Part shown: piece after piece, positions 13,701-27,075 of the stretch
How the letters are laid out: the number at the start of each line of letters is the position of its first letter
Numbering within the stretch: the first letter of the stretch is position 1
Assembly: GCF_009914755.1 (NCBI RefSeq)
Contig: NC_060937.1
Length of the DNA: 64,000 bases
Direction: 5' to 3' (one strand)
From: the human T2T-CHM13v2.0 reference genome, Homo sapiens
Program-made: the position numbers and the translations under genes
Notes under the pieces: generated by a model
The model's database searches: none
What the model was told of the DNA's origin: nothing
The model's input: the letters and a program-made list of their open reading frames with translations, nothing else

Positions 13701-16700
13701 AATATAAAATACCCCAAATATATATTATATGCTGTACATAAAATATCAAAGTACACAAAATATGCATTATGTACTGTACATAAATTATCAAAGGACCCAA
13801 AATATATATTATATAGTGTACATAAAATATCAAAATACCCAAAATATATATTATATACTGTACATAAAATACCAAAGTACCCAAAGTATATATTATATAC
13901 TGTATAAAAAATATCAAAGTAGCCAAAATATGTATTATACACTGTACATAATATATGAAAGTACCCAAACATTTATAATAAACTGTACATAAAATATCAA
14001 TGTACTCAAATTATATATTATGTGCGGTACATAAGATATCAAAGTACCCATACTATATAGTATGTACTGTACTTAAAATATCAAAATACCCAAAATATAT
14101 ATTATATACGTTACATAAACTATCAAATACACAAAGTATGTATTACATACTGTACATAAAATAGCAAAGTTCCCAAAATATGTATTATATACTGTACATA
14201 AAATATGAAAGTAACCAACCATTTATAATAAACTCTACATAAAATACCAAAGTACCCAAACTGTGTATTATATACTCTCCATAAAATATCAAAGTACCCA
14301 AAATATATATTGTCAACTGTACATAAAATATCAAAGTAGCCAAAATATATATAGTATACCATACATAAAATATAAAAGTACCCCAAATATGTATTATATA
14401 CTGTACATAAAATATCAAAGTACCGATAATACATATTATATAGTGTACATAAAATATCAGAGGACCCAAAATAAACATTATATACTGTACATAAAATATC
14501 CAAATAATCAAAATATATATTACATACTGTACATAAAATATCAAAGTACCCAAATTATGTATTATATACTGTACATAAAATATCAGAGTACCCAAAATAT
14601 GCATTATATACTGTACATAAAATATGAAAGTAACAAAACATTTATAATAAACTGTACATAAAATATCAAAGTACTCAAACTATATATCATATACTGTACA
14701 TAAAATATCAAAGTACCCAAACTGTGTATTATTACATACTGTATATAAAATATCAAAGTACCTGAAATATATACTGTATACTGTACATAAAATATCAAAG
14801 TACCCAAAATATATACTATATACTGTACATAAAATATGAAGGTACATCAAATATATATTATATCCTGTACATAAAATATCAAAGTACACCTATTATATAT
14901 TGTGTACTGTACATAATATATTAAATCGCCCAAATATATATTGTATACTGTATATAAAATATGAAGGTACTTCAAATATATATTATATGCTGCACATAAA
15001 ATATCAAAGTACCCAAAGTATGCATTACATACTGTACATAAAATATCAAAGTACACATATTATCTATTATATAATGTACATAAAATATGAAGGTTCATCA
15101 AATATATATTATATTCTGTACATAATATATCAAAGTACATCAAATATATATTATATACTGTACATAAAATATCAAAGTACCAAAAATATGTATTATATAC
15201 TGTACATAAAACATGAAAGTAACCAAACATTTATAATAAACTGTACTTAAAATATCAAAGTACTCAATCTACATATTATATACAGTATATAAAATATCAA
15301 AGTACACAAACTGTATATTATATACTGTACATAATATATCAAAGTACCCAGAATATATAGCATACTGTACTTAAAATATCAAAGTACCCAAAATATATAT
15401 TGTATACTGTACATAAAATATGAAGGTACATCAAAGATATATTATATTCTGTACATAAAATATCAAAGTACACCAAATATATATTATATGCTGTACATAA
15501 TATATTAAAGTTGCCCATATATACATTATATACTGTACATAAAATATGAACGTACATCAAATATATAGTATATGCTGCACATAAAATATCAAAGTACCCA
15601 AAGTATGTATTATACACTGTACATAAAATATCAAAGTACCAAAAGTATATATTACATACTGTAAATAAAATATGAAGGTACCTCAAATATATATTATATT
15701 CTGTACATAAAATATCAAAGTACACCAAGTATATACTATATACTCTGCATAAAATATTAAATTACCCAAAATATGTATTGCATTGTGTACATAAAATATG
15801 AAAGTAACCAAACATTTATAATAAACTGTACATAAAATATCAAAGTACTCAAACTGTATATTATATACTGTACATAAAGTATCAAAGTACCCAAACTGTG
15901 TAGTATATACTGTACATAAAATATCAAGGTACCCAAAATATATATTGTAAACTGTAGATAAAATATCAAAGTACCCAAAATATATATTATATACTGTACA
16001 TAAAATATGAAGGCACATCCAATATATATTATATTCTGTACATAAAATATCAAAGTACACCAAATGTATATTATATACTGTACATAAAATATCAAAGTAC
16101 CCAAAGTGTATAATATATACTGTACATAAAATATGAAGATTCATCAAATATATTTTATATTCTGCACATAATATATCAAAGTACAGCAAATATATATTAT
16201 ATACTGTACATAAAATATCAAAGTACCCAAAATATGTATTATATACTGTACATAAAATATGAAAGTAACCAAACATTTATAATAAACTGTACATAAAGTA
16301 TCAAAGTACTCAAACTACATATTATATACAGTATATAAAATGTCAAAGTACCCAAACTGTATATTATATACTGTACATAATATATCAAAGTACCTGAATA
16401 TATAGCATACTGTACATAAAATATCAAAGTACCCAAAGTGTGTATTATACACTGCACATAAAATATGAAGGTACATAAAATATATATTGTATTCTGTACA
16501 TAAAATATCAAAGTACTCCAAATATATATTATATGCTGTACATAATATATTAAAGTCGCCCAAATATATATTATATACTGTACATAAAATATGAAGGTAC
16601 ATCAAATATATATTATATGCTGCACATAAAATATCAAAGTACCCAAAGTATGTGTTATATACTGTACATAAAATATCAAAGTACCCAAAGTATATATTAT

Positions 16701-17030
16701 ATACTGTACATAAAATATAAAATACCCCAAATATATATTATATGCTGTACATAAAATATCAAAGTACACAAAATATGTATTATATACTGTACATAAAATA
16801 CCAAAGGACCCAAAATATATATTATATACTGTACATAAAATATCAAAATACCCAAAATATATATTATATACTGTACATAAAATACCAAAGTACCCAAAGT
16901 ATATATTATATACCGTACAAAAAATATCAAAGTAGCCAAAATATGTATTATACACTGTACATAATATATGAAAGTACCCAAACATTTATAATAAACTGTA
17001 CATAAAATATCAATGTACTCAAACTATATA
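10701..17030 (+). repeat. Canonical 6330-bp higher-order unit = 3317-bp (79-mer + 10 bp) + 3013-bp (72-mer) subunits
   Basis: Marker monomer at 10701, 14018 and 17031 (spacings 3317 and 3013). ORF-track offsets of 6330 (8570->14900, 10272->16602) and 3013 (14847->17860). Confidence 0.9.
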
Positions 17031-20000
17031 TTATGTGCGGTACATAAGATATCAAATTACCCATACTATATAGTATATACTGCACTTAAAATATCAAAAT
17101 ACCCAAAATATATATTATATACGTTACATAAACTATCAAATACACAAAGTATGTATTATATACTGTACATAAAATAGCAAAGTTCCCAAAATATGTATTA
17201 TATACTGTACATAAAATATGAAAGTACCCAACCATTTATAATAAACTCTACATAAAATACCAAAGTACCCAAACTGTGTATTATATACTGTCCATAAAAT
17301 ATCAAAGGACCCAAAATATATATTGTAAACTGTACATAAAATATCAAAGTAGCCAAAATACATATTGTATACTGTACATAAAATATGAAAGTACCCCAAA
17401 TATGTATTATATACTGTACATAAAATATCAAAGTACCCATAATACATATTATATACTGTACATAAAATATCAAAGGACCCAAAATAAACATTATATACTG
17501 TACATAAAATATCCAAATACTCAAAATATATATTACGTACTGTACATAAAATATCAAAGTACCCAAATTATGTATTATATACTGTACGTAAAATATCAGA
17601 GTACCCAAAATATGCATTATATACTGTACATAAAATATGAAAGTAAGAATACATTTATAATAAACTGTACATAAAATATCAAAGTACTCAAACTATATAT
17701 CATATACTGTACATAAAATATCAAAGTACCCAAACTGTGTATTATTATATACTGTATATAAAATATCAAAGTACCTGAAATATATACTGTATACTCTACA
17801 TAAAATATCAAAGTACCCAAAATATATACTATATACTGTACATAAAATATGAAGGTACATCAAATATATATTATATCCTGTACATAAAATATCAAAGTAC
17901 ACCTATTATATATTGTGTACTGTACATAATATATTAAATCGCCCAAATATATATTGTATACTGTATATAAAATATGAAGGTACTTCAAATATATATTATA
18001 TGCTGCACATAAAATATCAAAATACCCAAAGTATGCATTAAACACTGTACATAAAATATCAAAGTACACATATTATCTATTATATAATGTACATAAAATA
18101 TGAAGGTTCATCAAATATATATTATATTCTGTACATAATATATCAAAGTACATCAAATATATATTATATACTGTACATAAAATATCAAAGTACCAAAAAT
18201 ATGTATTATATACTGTACATAAAACATGAAAGTAACCAAACATTTATAATAAACTGTACATAAAATATCAAAGTACTCAATCTACATATTATATACAGTA
18301 TATAAAATATCAAAGTACACAAACTGTATATTATATACTGTACATAATATATCAAAGTACCCAGAATATATAGCATACTGTACATAAAATATCAAAGTAC
18401 CCAAAATGTATATTGTATACTGTACATAAAATATGAAGGTACATCAAAGATATATTATATTCTGTACATAAAATATCAAAGTACACCAAATATATATTAT
18501 ATGCTGTACATAATATATTAAAGTTGCCCATATATACATTATATACTGTACATAAAATATGAACGTACATCAAATATATAGTATATGCTGCACATAAAAT
18601 ATCAAAGTACCCAAAGTACGTATTATACACTGTACATAAAATATCAAAGTACCAAAAGTATATATTACATACTGTAAATAAAATATGAAGGTACCTCAAA
18701 TATATATTATATTCTGTACATAAAATATCAAAGTACACCAAGTATATACTATATACTCTGCATAAAATATTAAATTACCCAAAATATGTATTGAATTGTG
18801 TACATAAAATATGAAAGTAACCAAACATTTATAATAAACTGTACATAAAATATCAAAGTACTCAAACTGTATATTATATACTGTACATAAAGTATCAAAG
18901 TACCCAAACTGTGTAGTATATACTGTACATAAAATATCAAGGTACCCAAAATATATATTGTAAACTGTAGATAAAATATCAAAGTACCCAAAATATATAT
19001 TATATACTGTACATAAAATATGAAGGCACATCCAATATATATTATATTCTGTACATAATATATCAAAGTACACCAAATGTATATTATATACTGTACATAA
19101 AATATCAAAGTACCCAAAGTGTATATTATATACTGTACATAAACTATGAAAGTTCATCAAATATATTTTATATTCTGCACATAATATATCAAAGTACAGC
19201 AAATATATATTATATACTGTACATAAAATATCAAAGTACCCAAAATATGTATTATATACTGTACATAAAATATGAAAGTAACCAAACATTTATAATAAAC
19301 TGTACATAAAATATCAAAGTACTCAAACTGTATATTATATACTCTACATAAAGTATCAAAGTACCCAAACTGTGTAGTATATACTGTACATAAAATATCA
19401 AGGTACCCAAAATATATATTGTAAACTGTAGATAAAATATCAAAGTACCCAAAATATATATTATATACTGTACATGAAATATGAAGGCCCCTCCAATATA
19501 TATTATACTCTGTACATAAAATATCAAAGTACACCAAATGTATATTATATACTGTACATAAAATATCAAAGTACCCAAAGTGTATATTATATACTGTACA
19601 TAAACTATGAAGGTTCATCAAATATATTTTATATTCTGCACATAATATATCAAAGTACAGCAAATATATATTATATACTGTACATAAAATATCAAAGTAC
19701 CCAAATTATGTATTATATACTGTACATAAAATATGAAAGTAAGCAAACATTTATAATAAACTGTACATAAAGTATCAAAGTACTCAAACTACATATTATA
19801 TACAGTATATAAAATATCAAAGTACCCAAACTGTATATTATATAATGTACATAATATATCAAAGTACCCGAATATATAGCATACTCTACATAAAATATCA
19901 AAGTACCCAAAGTTTGTATTATACACTGCACATAAAATATGGAGGTACATCAAAGATATATTATATTCTGTACATAAAATATCAAAGTACACCAAATATA

Positions 20001-20504
20001 TGTTATATGCTGTACATAATATATTAAAGTCGACCAAATATATATTATATACTGTACATAAAATATGAAGGTACATCAAATATATATTATATGCTGCACA
20101 TAAAATATCAAAGTACCCAAAGTATGTGTTATATACTGTACATAAAATATCAAAGTACCCAAAGTATATATTATATACTGTACATAAAATATAAAATACC
20201 CCAAATATATATTATATGCTCTACATAAAATATCAAAGTACACAAAATATGTATTATATACTGTACATAAAATACCAAAGGACCCAAAATATATATTATA
20301 TACTGTACATAAAATATCAAAATACCCAAAATATATATTATATACTGTACATAAAATACCAAAGTACCCAAAGTATATATTATATACCGTACAAAAAATA
20401 TCAAAGTAGCCAAAATATGTATTATACACTGTACATAATATATGAAAGTACCCAAACATTTATAATAAACTGTACATAAAATATCAATGTACTCAAACTA
20501 TATA
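17031..20504 (+). repeat. Variant unit, 3474 bp: 72-mer with a 461-bp tandem duplication
   Basis: Markers at 17031 and 20505. TGAAGGCACATCC at 19021 recurs as TGAAGGCCCCTCC at 19482 (offset 461). Confidence 0.87.
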
Positions 20505-23500
20505 TTATGTGCGGTACATAAGATATCAAAGTACCCATACTATATAGTATATACTGTACTTAAAATATCAAAATACCCAAAATATATATTATATACGTTA
20601 CATAAACTATCAAATACACAAAGTATGTATTATATACTGTACATAAAATAGCAAAGTTCCCAAAATATGTATTATATACTGTACATAAAATATGAAAGTA
20701 CCGAACCATTTATAATAAAGTCTACATAAAATACCAAAGTACCCAAACTGTGTATTATATACTGTCCATAAAATATCAAAGGACCCAAAATATATATTGT
20801 AAACTCTACATAAAATATCAAAGTAGCCAAAATACATATTGTATACTGTACATAAAATATAAAAGTACCCCAAATATATATTATATACTGTACATAAAAT
20901 ATCAAAGTACCCATAATACATATTATACACTGTACATAAAATATCAAAGGACCCAAAATACACATTATATACTGTACATAAAATATCCAAATACTCAAAA
21001 TATATATTACATACTGTACATAAAATATCAAAGTACCCAAATTATGTATTATACACTGTACGTAAAATATCAGAGTACCCAAAATATGCATTATATACTG
21101 TACATAAAATATGAAAGTAACAAAACATTTATAATAAACTGTACATAAAATATCAAAGTACTCAAACTATATATCATATACTCTACATAAAATATCAAAG
21201 TACCCAAACTGTGTATTATTATATACTGTATATAAAATATCAAAGTACCTGAAATATATACTGTATACTGTACATAAAATATCAAAGTACCCAAAATATA
21301 TACTATATACTGTACATAAAATATGAAGGTACATCAAATATATATTATATCCTGTACATAAAATATCAAAGTACACCTATTATATATTGTGTACTGTACA
21401 TAATATATTAAATCGCCCAAATATATATTGTATACTGTATATAAAATATGAAGGTACTTCAAATATATATTATATGCTGCACATAAAATATCAAAGTACC
21501 CAAAGTATGCATTACATACTGTACATAAAATATCAAAGTACACATATTATCTATTATATAATGTACATAAAATATGAAGGTTCATCAAATATATATTATA
21601 TTCTGTACATAATATATCAAAGTACATCAAATATATATTATATACTGTACATAAAATATCAAAGTACCAAAAATATGTATTATATACTGTACATAAAACA
21701 TGAAAGTAACCAAACATTTATAATAAACTGTACATAAAATATCAAAGTACTCAATCTACATATTATATACAGTATATAAAATATCAAAGTACACAAACTG
21801 TATATTATATACGGTACATAATATATCAAAGTACCCAGAATATATAGCATACTGTAAATAAAATATCAAAGTACCCAAAATATATATTGTATACTGTACA
21901 TAAAATATGAAGGTACATCAAAGATATATTATATTCTGTACATAAAATATCAAACTACACCAAATATATATTATATGCTGTACATAATATATTAAAGTTG
22001 CCCATATATACATTATATACTGTACATAAAATATGAACGTACATCAAATATATAGTATATGCTGCACATAAAATATCAAAGTACCCAAAATATATACTAT
22101 ATACTGTACATAAAATATGAAGGTACATCAAATATATATTATATCCTGTACATAAAATATCAAAGTACACCTATTATATATTGTGTACTGCACATAATAT
22201 ATTAAATCGCCCAAATATATATTGTATACTGTATATAAAATATGAAGGTACTTCAAATATATATTATATGCTGCACATAAAATATCAAAGTACCCAAAGT
22301 ATGCATTACATACTGTACATAAAATATCAAATTACAAAAATTATATATTATATTCTGTACATAAAATATGTAGGTTCTTCAAATATATTTTATATTCTGT
22401 ACATAATATATCAAAGTACATCAAATATATATTATATACGGTACATAAAATATCAAAGTACCCAAAATATGTATTAATTACTGTGCATAAAATATGAAAG
22501 TAACCAAACATTTATAATAAACTGTACATAAAATATCAAACTACTCAATCTACATATTATATACAGTATATAAAATATCAAAGTACACAAACTGTATATT
22601 ATATACTGTACATAATATATCAAAGTACCCAGAATATATAGCATACTGTACATACAATATCAAAGTACCCAGAATGTATATTGTATTCTGTACATAAAAT
22701 ATGAATGTACATCAAAGATATATTATATTCTGTACATAAAATATCAAAGTACACCAAATATATATTATATGCTGTACATAATATATTAAAGTTGCCCATG
22801 CATACATTTTATACTGTACATAAAATATGAAGGTACATCAAATATATAGTATATGCTGCACATAAAATATCAAAGTACCCAAAGTATGTATTATATACTG
22901 TACATAAAATATCAAAGTACCAAAAGTATATATTACCTACTGTAAATAAAATATGAAGATACCTCAAATATATATTATATTCTGTACATGAAATATCAAA
23001 GTACACCAAGTATATACTATATACTCTACATAAAATATTAAATTACCCAAAATATGTATTGTATTGTGTACATAAAATATGAAAGTAGCCAAACATTTAT
23101 AATAAACTGTACATAAAATATCAAAGTACTCAAACTTTATATTATATACTGTACATAAAGTATCAAAGTACCCAAACTGTGTAGTATATACTGTACATAA
23201 AATATCAAGGTACCCAAAATGTATATTGTAAACTGTAGATAAAATATCAAAGTACCCAAAATATATATTATATACTGTACATAAAATATGAAGGCTCATC
23301 CAATATATATTATATTCTGTACATAAAATATCAAAGTACACCAAATGTATATTATATACTGTACATAAAATATAAAACTACGCCAAATATATCTTATATA
23401 CTCTACATAAAATATCAAAGTACCCAAAATATATATTATATACTGTACATAAAATATCAAAGTACCCATAGTATGTATTATATCCTGTACATAAAATATG

Positions 23501-26500
23501 AAGGTACATCAAATATATATTCTATTCTGCACATAAAATATCATATTGCACCAAATATATATTGTATACTGTATATAAAATATGAAGGTACTTCAAATAT
23601 ATATTATATGCTGCACATAAAATATCAAAGTACCCAAAGTATGCATTATATACTGTACATAAAATATCAAAGTACCCAAAGTGTATATTATATACTGTAC
23701 ATAAAATATGAAGGTTCATCAAATATATTTTATATTCTGCACATAATATATCAAAGTACAGCAAATATATATTATATACTGTACATAAAATATCAAAGTA
23801 CCCAAAATATGTATTATATACTGTACATAAAATATGAAAGTAACCAAACATTTATAATAAACTGTACATAAAATATCAAAGTACTCAAACTACATATTAT
23901 ATACAGTATATAAAATGTCAAAGTACCCAAACTGTATATTATATACTGTACATAATATATCAAAGTACCCAAATATATAGCATACTGTACATAAAATATC
24001 AAAGTACCCAAAGTGTGTATTATACACTGCACATAAAATACGAAGGTACATCAAAGATATATTATATTCTGTACATAAAATATCAAAGTACACCAAATAT
24101 ATATTATATGCTGTACAGAATATATTAATGTCGACCAAATATATATTATACACTGTACATAAAATATGAAGGTACATCAAATATATATTATATACTGCAC
24201 ATAAAATATCAAAGTACCCAAAGTATGTATTATATACTGTACATAAAATATCAAAGTACCCAAAGTATATATTATATACTGTACATAAAATATAAAATAC
24301 CCCAAATATATATTATATCCTGTACATAAAATATCAAAGTACCCAAAATATATATTGTAAACTGTACATAAAATATCAAAGTAGCCAAAATATATATTGT
24401 ATACTGTCCATAAAATATAAAAGTACCCCAAATATGTATTATATACTGTACATAAAATATCAAAGTACCGATAATACATATTATATACTGTACATAAAAT
24501 ATCAAAGGACCCAAAATAAACATTATATACTGTACATAAAATATCCAAATACTCAAAATATATATTACATACTGTACATAAAATATCAAAGTACCCAAAT
24601 TATGTATTATATACTGTACGTAAAATATCAGAGTACCCAAAATATGCATTATATACTGTACATAAAATATGAAAGTAACAAAACATTTATAATAAACTGT
24701 ACATAAAATATCAAAGTACTCAAACTATATATCATATACTGTACATAAAATATCAAAGTACCCAAACTGTGTATTATTATATACTGTATATAAAATATCA
24801 AAGTACCTGAAATATATATTGTATACTGTACATAAAATATCAAAGTACCCAAAATATATACTATATACTGTACATAAAATATGAAGGTACATCAAATATA
24901 TATTATATCCTGTACATAAAATATCAAAGTACACCTATTATATATTGTGTACTGTACATAATATATTAAATCGCCCAAATATATATTGTATACTGTATAT
25001 AAAATATGAAGGTACTTCAAATATATATTATATGCTGCACATAAAATATCAAAGTACCCAAGGTATGCATTACATACTGTACATAAAATATCAAAGTACA
25101 CATATTATATATTATATAATATACATAAAATATGAAGGTTCATCAAATATATATTATATTCTGTACATAATATATCAAAGTACATCAAATATATATTATA
25201 TACTGTACATAAAATATCAAAGTACCAAAAATATGTATTATATACTATACATAAAATATGAAAGTAACCAAACATTTATAATAAACTGTACATAAAATAT
25301 CAAAGTACTCAGTCTACATATTATATACAGTATATAAAATATCAAAGTACACACACTGTATATTATATACTGTACATAATATATCAAAATACCCAGAATA
25401 TATAGCATACTGTACATAAAATATCAAAGTACCCAAAATATATATTGTATACTGTACATAAAATATGAAGGTACATCAAAGATATATTATATTCTGTACA
25501 TAAAATATCAAACTACACCAAATATATATTATATGCTGTACATAATATATTAAAGTTGCCCATATATACATTATATACTGTACATAAAATATGAAGGTAC
25601 ATCAAATATATAGTATATGCTGCACATAAAATATCAAAGTACCCAAAGTATGTATTATACACTGTACATAAAATATCAAAGTACCAAAAGTATATATTAC
25701 ATACTGTAAATAAAATATGAAGGTACCTCAAATATATATTATATTCTGTACATAAAATATCAAAGTACACCAAGTATATACTATATACTCTGCATAAAAT
25801 ATTAAATTACCCAAAATATGTATTGCATTGTGTACATAAAATATGAAAGTAACCAAACATTTATAATAAACTGTACATAAAATTTCAAAGTACTCAAACT
25901 GTATATTATATACTGTACATAAAGTATCAAAGTACCCAAACTGTGTAGTATATACTGTACATAAAATATCAAGGTACCCAAAATATATATTGTAAACTGT
26001 AGATAAAATATCAAAGTACCCAAAATATATATTATATACTGTACATAAAATATGAAGGCACATCCAATATATACTATATTCTGTACATAAAATATCAAAG
26101 TACACCAAATGTATATTATATACTGTACAAAAAATATCAAAGTACCCAAAGTGTATATTATATACTGTACATAAAATATGAAGGTTCATCAAATATATTT
26201 TATATTCTGCACATAATATATCAAAGTACAGCAAATATATATTATATACTGTACATAAAATATCAAAGTACCCAAAATATGTATTATATACTGTACATAA
26301 AATATGAAAGTAACCAAACATTTATAATAAACTGTACATAAAGTATCAAAGTACTCAAACTACATATTATATACAGTATATAAAATGTCAAAGTACCCAA
26401 ACTGTATATTATATACTGTACATAATATATCAAAGTACCCGAATATATAGCATACTGTACATAAAATATCAAGGTACCCAAAGTGTGTATTATACACTGC

Positions 26501-27075
26501 ACATAAAATATGAAGGTACATAAAATATATATTGTATTCTGTACATAAAATATCAAAGTACTCCAAATATATATTATATGCTGTACATAATATATTATAG
26601 TCGCCCAAATATATATTATATACTGTACATAAAATATGAAGGTACATCAAATATATATTATATGCTGCACATAAAATATCAAAGTACCCAAAGTATGTGT
26701 TATATACTGTACATAAAATATCAAAGTACCCAATGTATATATTATATACTGTACATAAAATATAAAATACCCCAAATATATATTATATGCTATACATAAA
26801 ATATCAAAGTACACAAAATATGTATTATATACTGTACATAAAATACCAAAGGACCCAAAATATATATTATATACTGTACATAAAATATCAAAATACCCAA
26901 AATATATATTATATACTGTACATAAAATACCAAAGTACCCAAAGTATATATTATATACCGTACAAAAAATATCAAAGTAGCCAAAATATGTATTATACAC
27001 TGTACATAATATATGAAAGTACCCAAACATTTATAATAAACTGTACATAAAATATCAATGTACTCAAACTATATA
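20505..27075 (+). repeat. Variant double unit, 6571 bp = 3013 + 3307 + 794 (duplication) - 543 (deletion removing one marker)
   Basis: Markers at 20505 and 27076 with none between. ORF offset 21387->22181 is 794. The distance from AATATAAAAT to TACCGATAAT is 177 bp here versus 720 bp at 13701-14421. Confidence 0.85.

Noticed and set aside
13970-16983. A regular 378-bp (9-mer) higher-order repeat; 72 monomers equals 8 x 9
   Set aside because: Diagnostic monomers are spaced 6, 10, 14, 14, 11 and 17 monomers apart, not 9. I cannot see a 9-mer by eye, although a weak ancestral signal might appear in an autocorrelation analysis.
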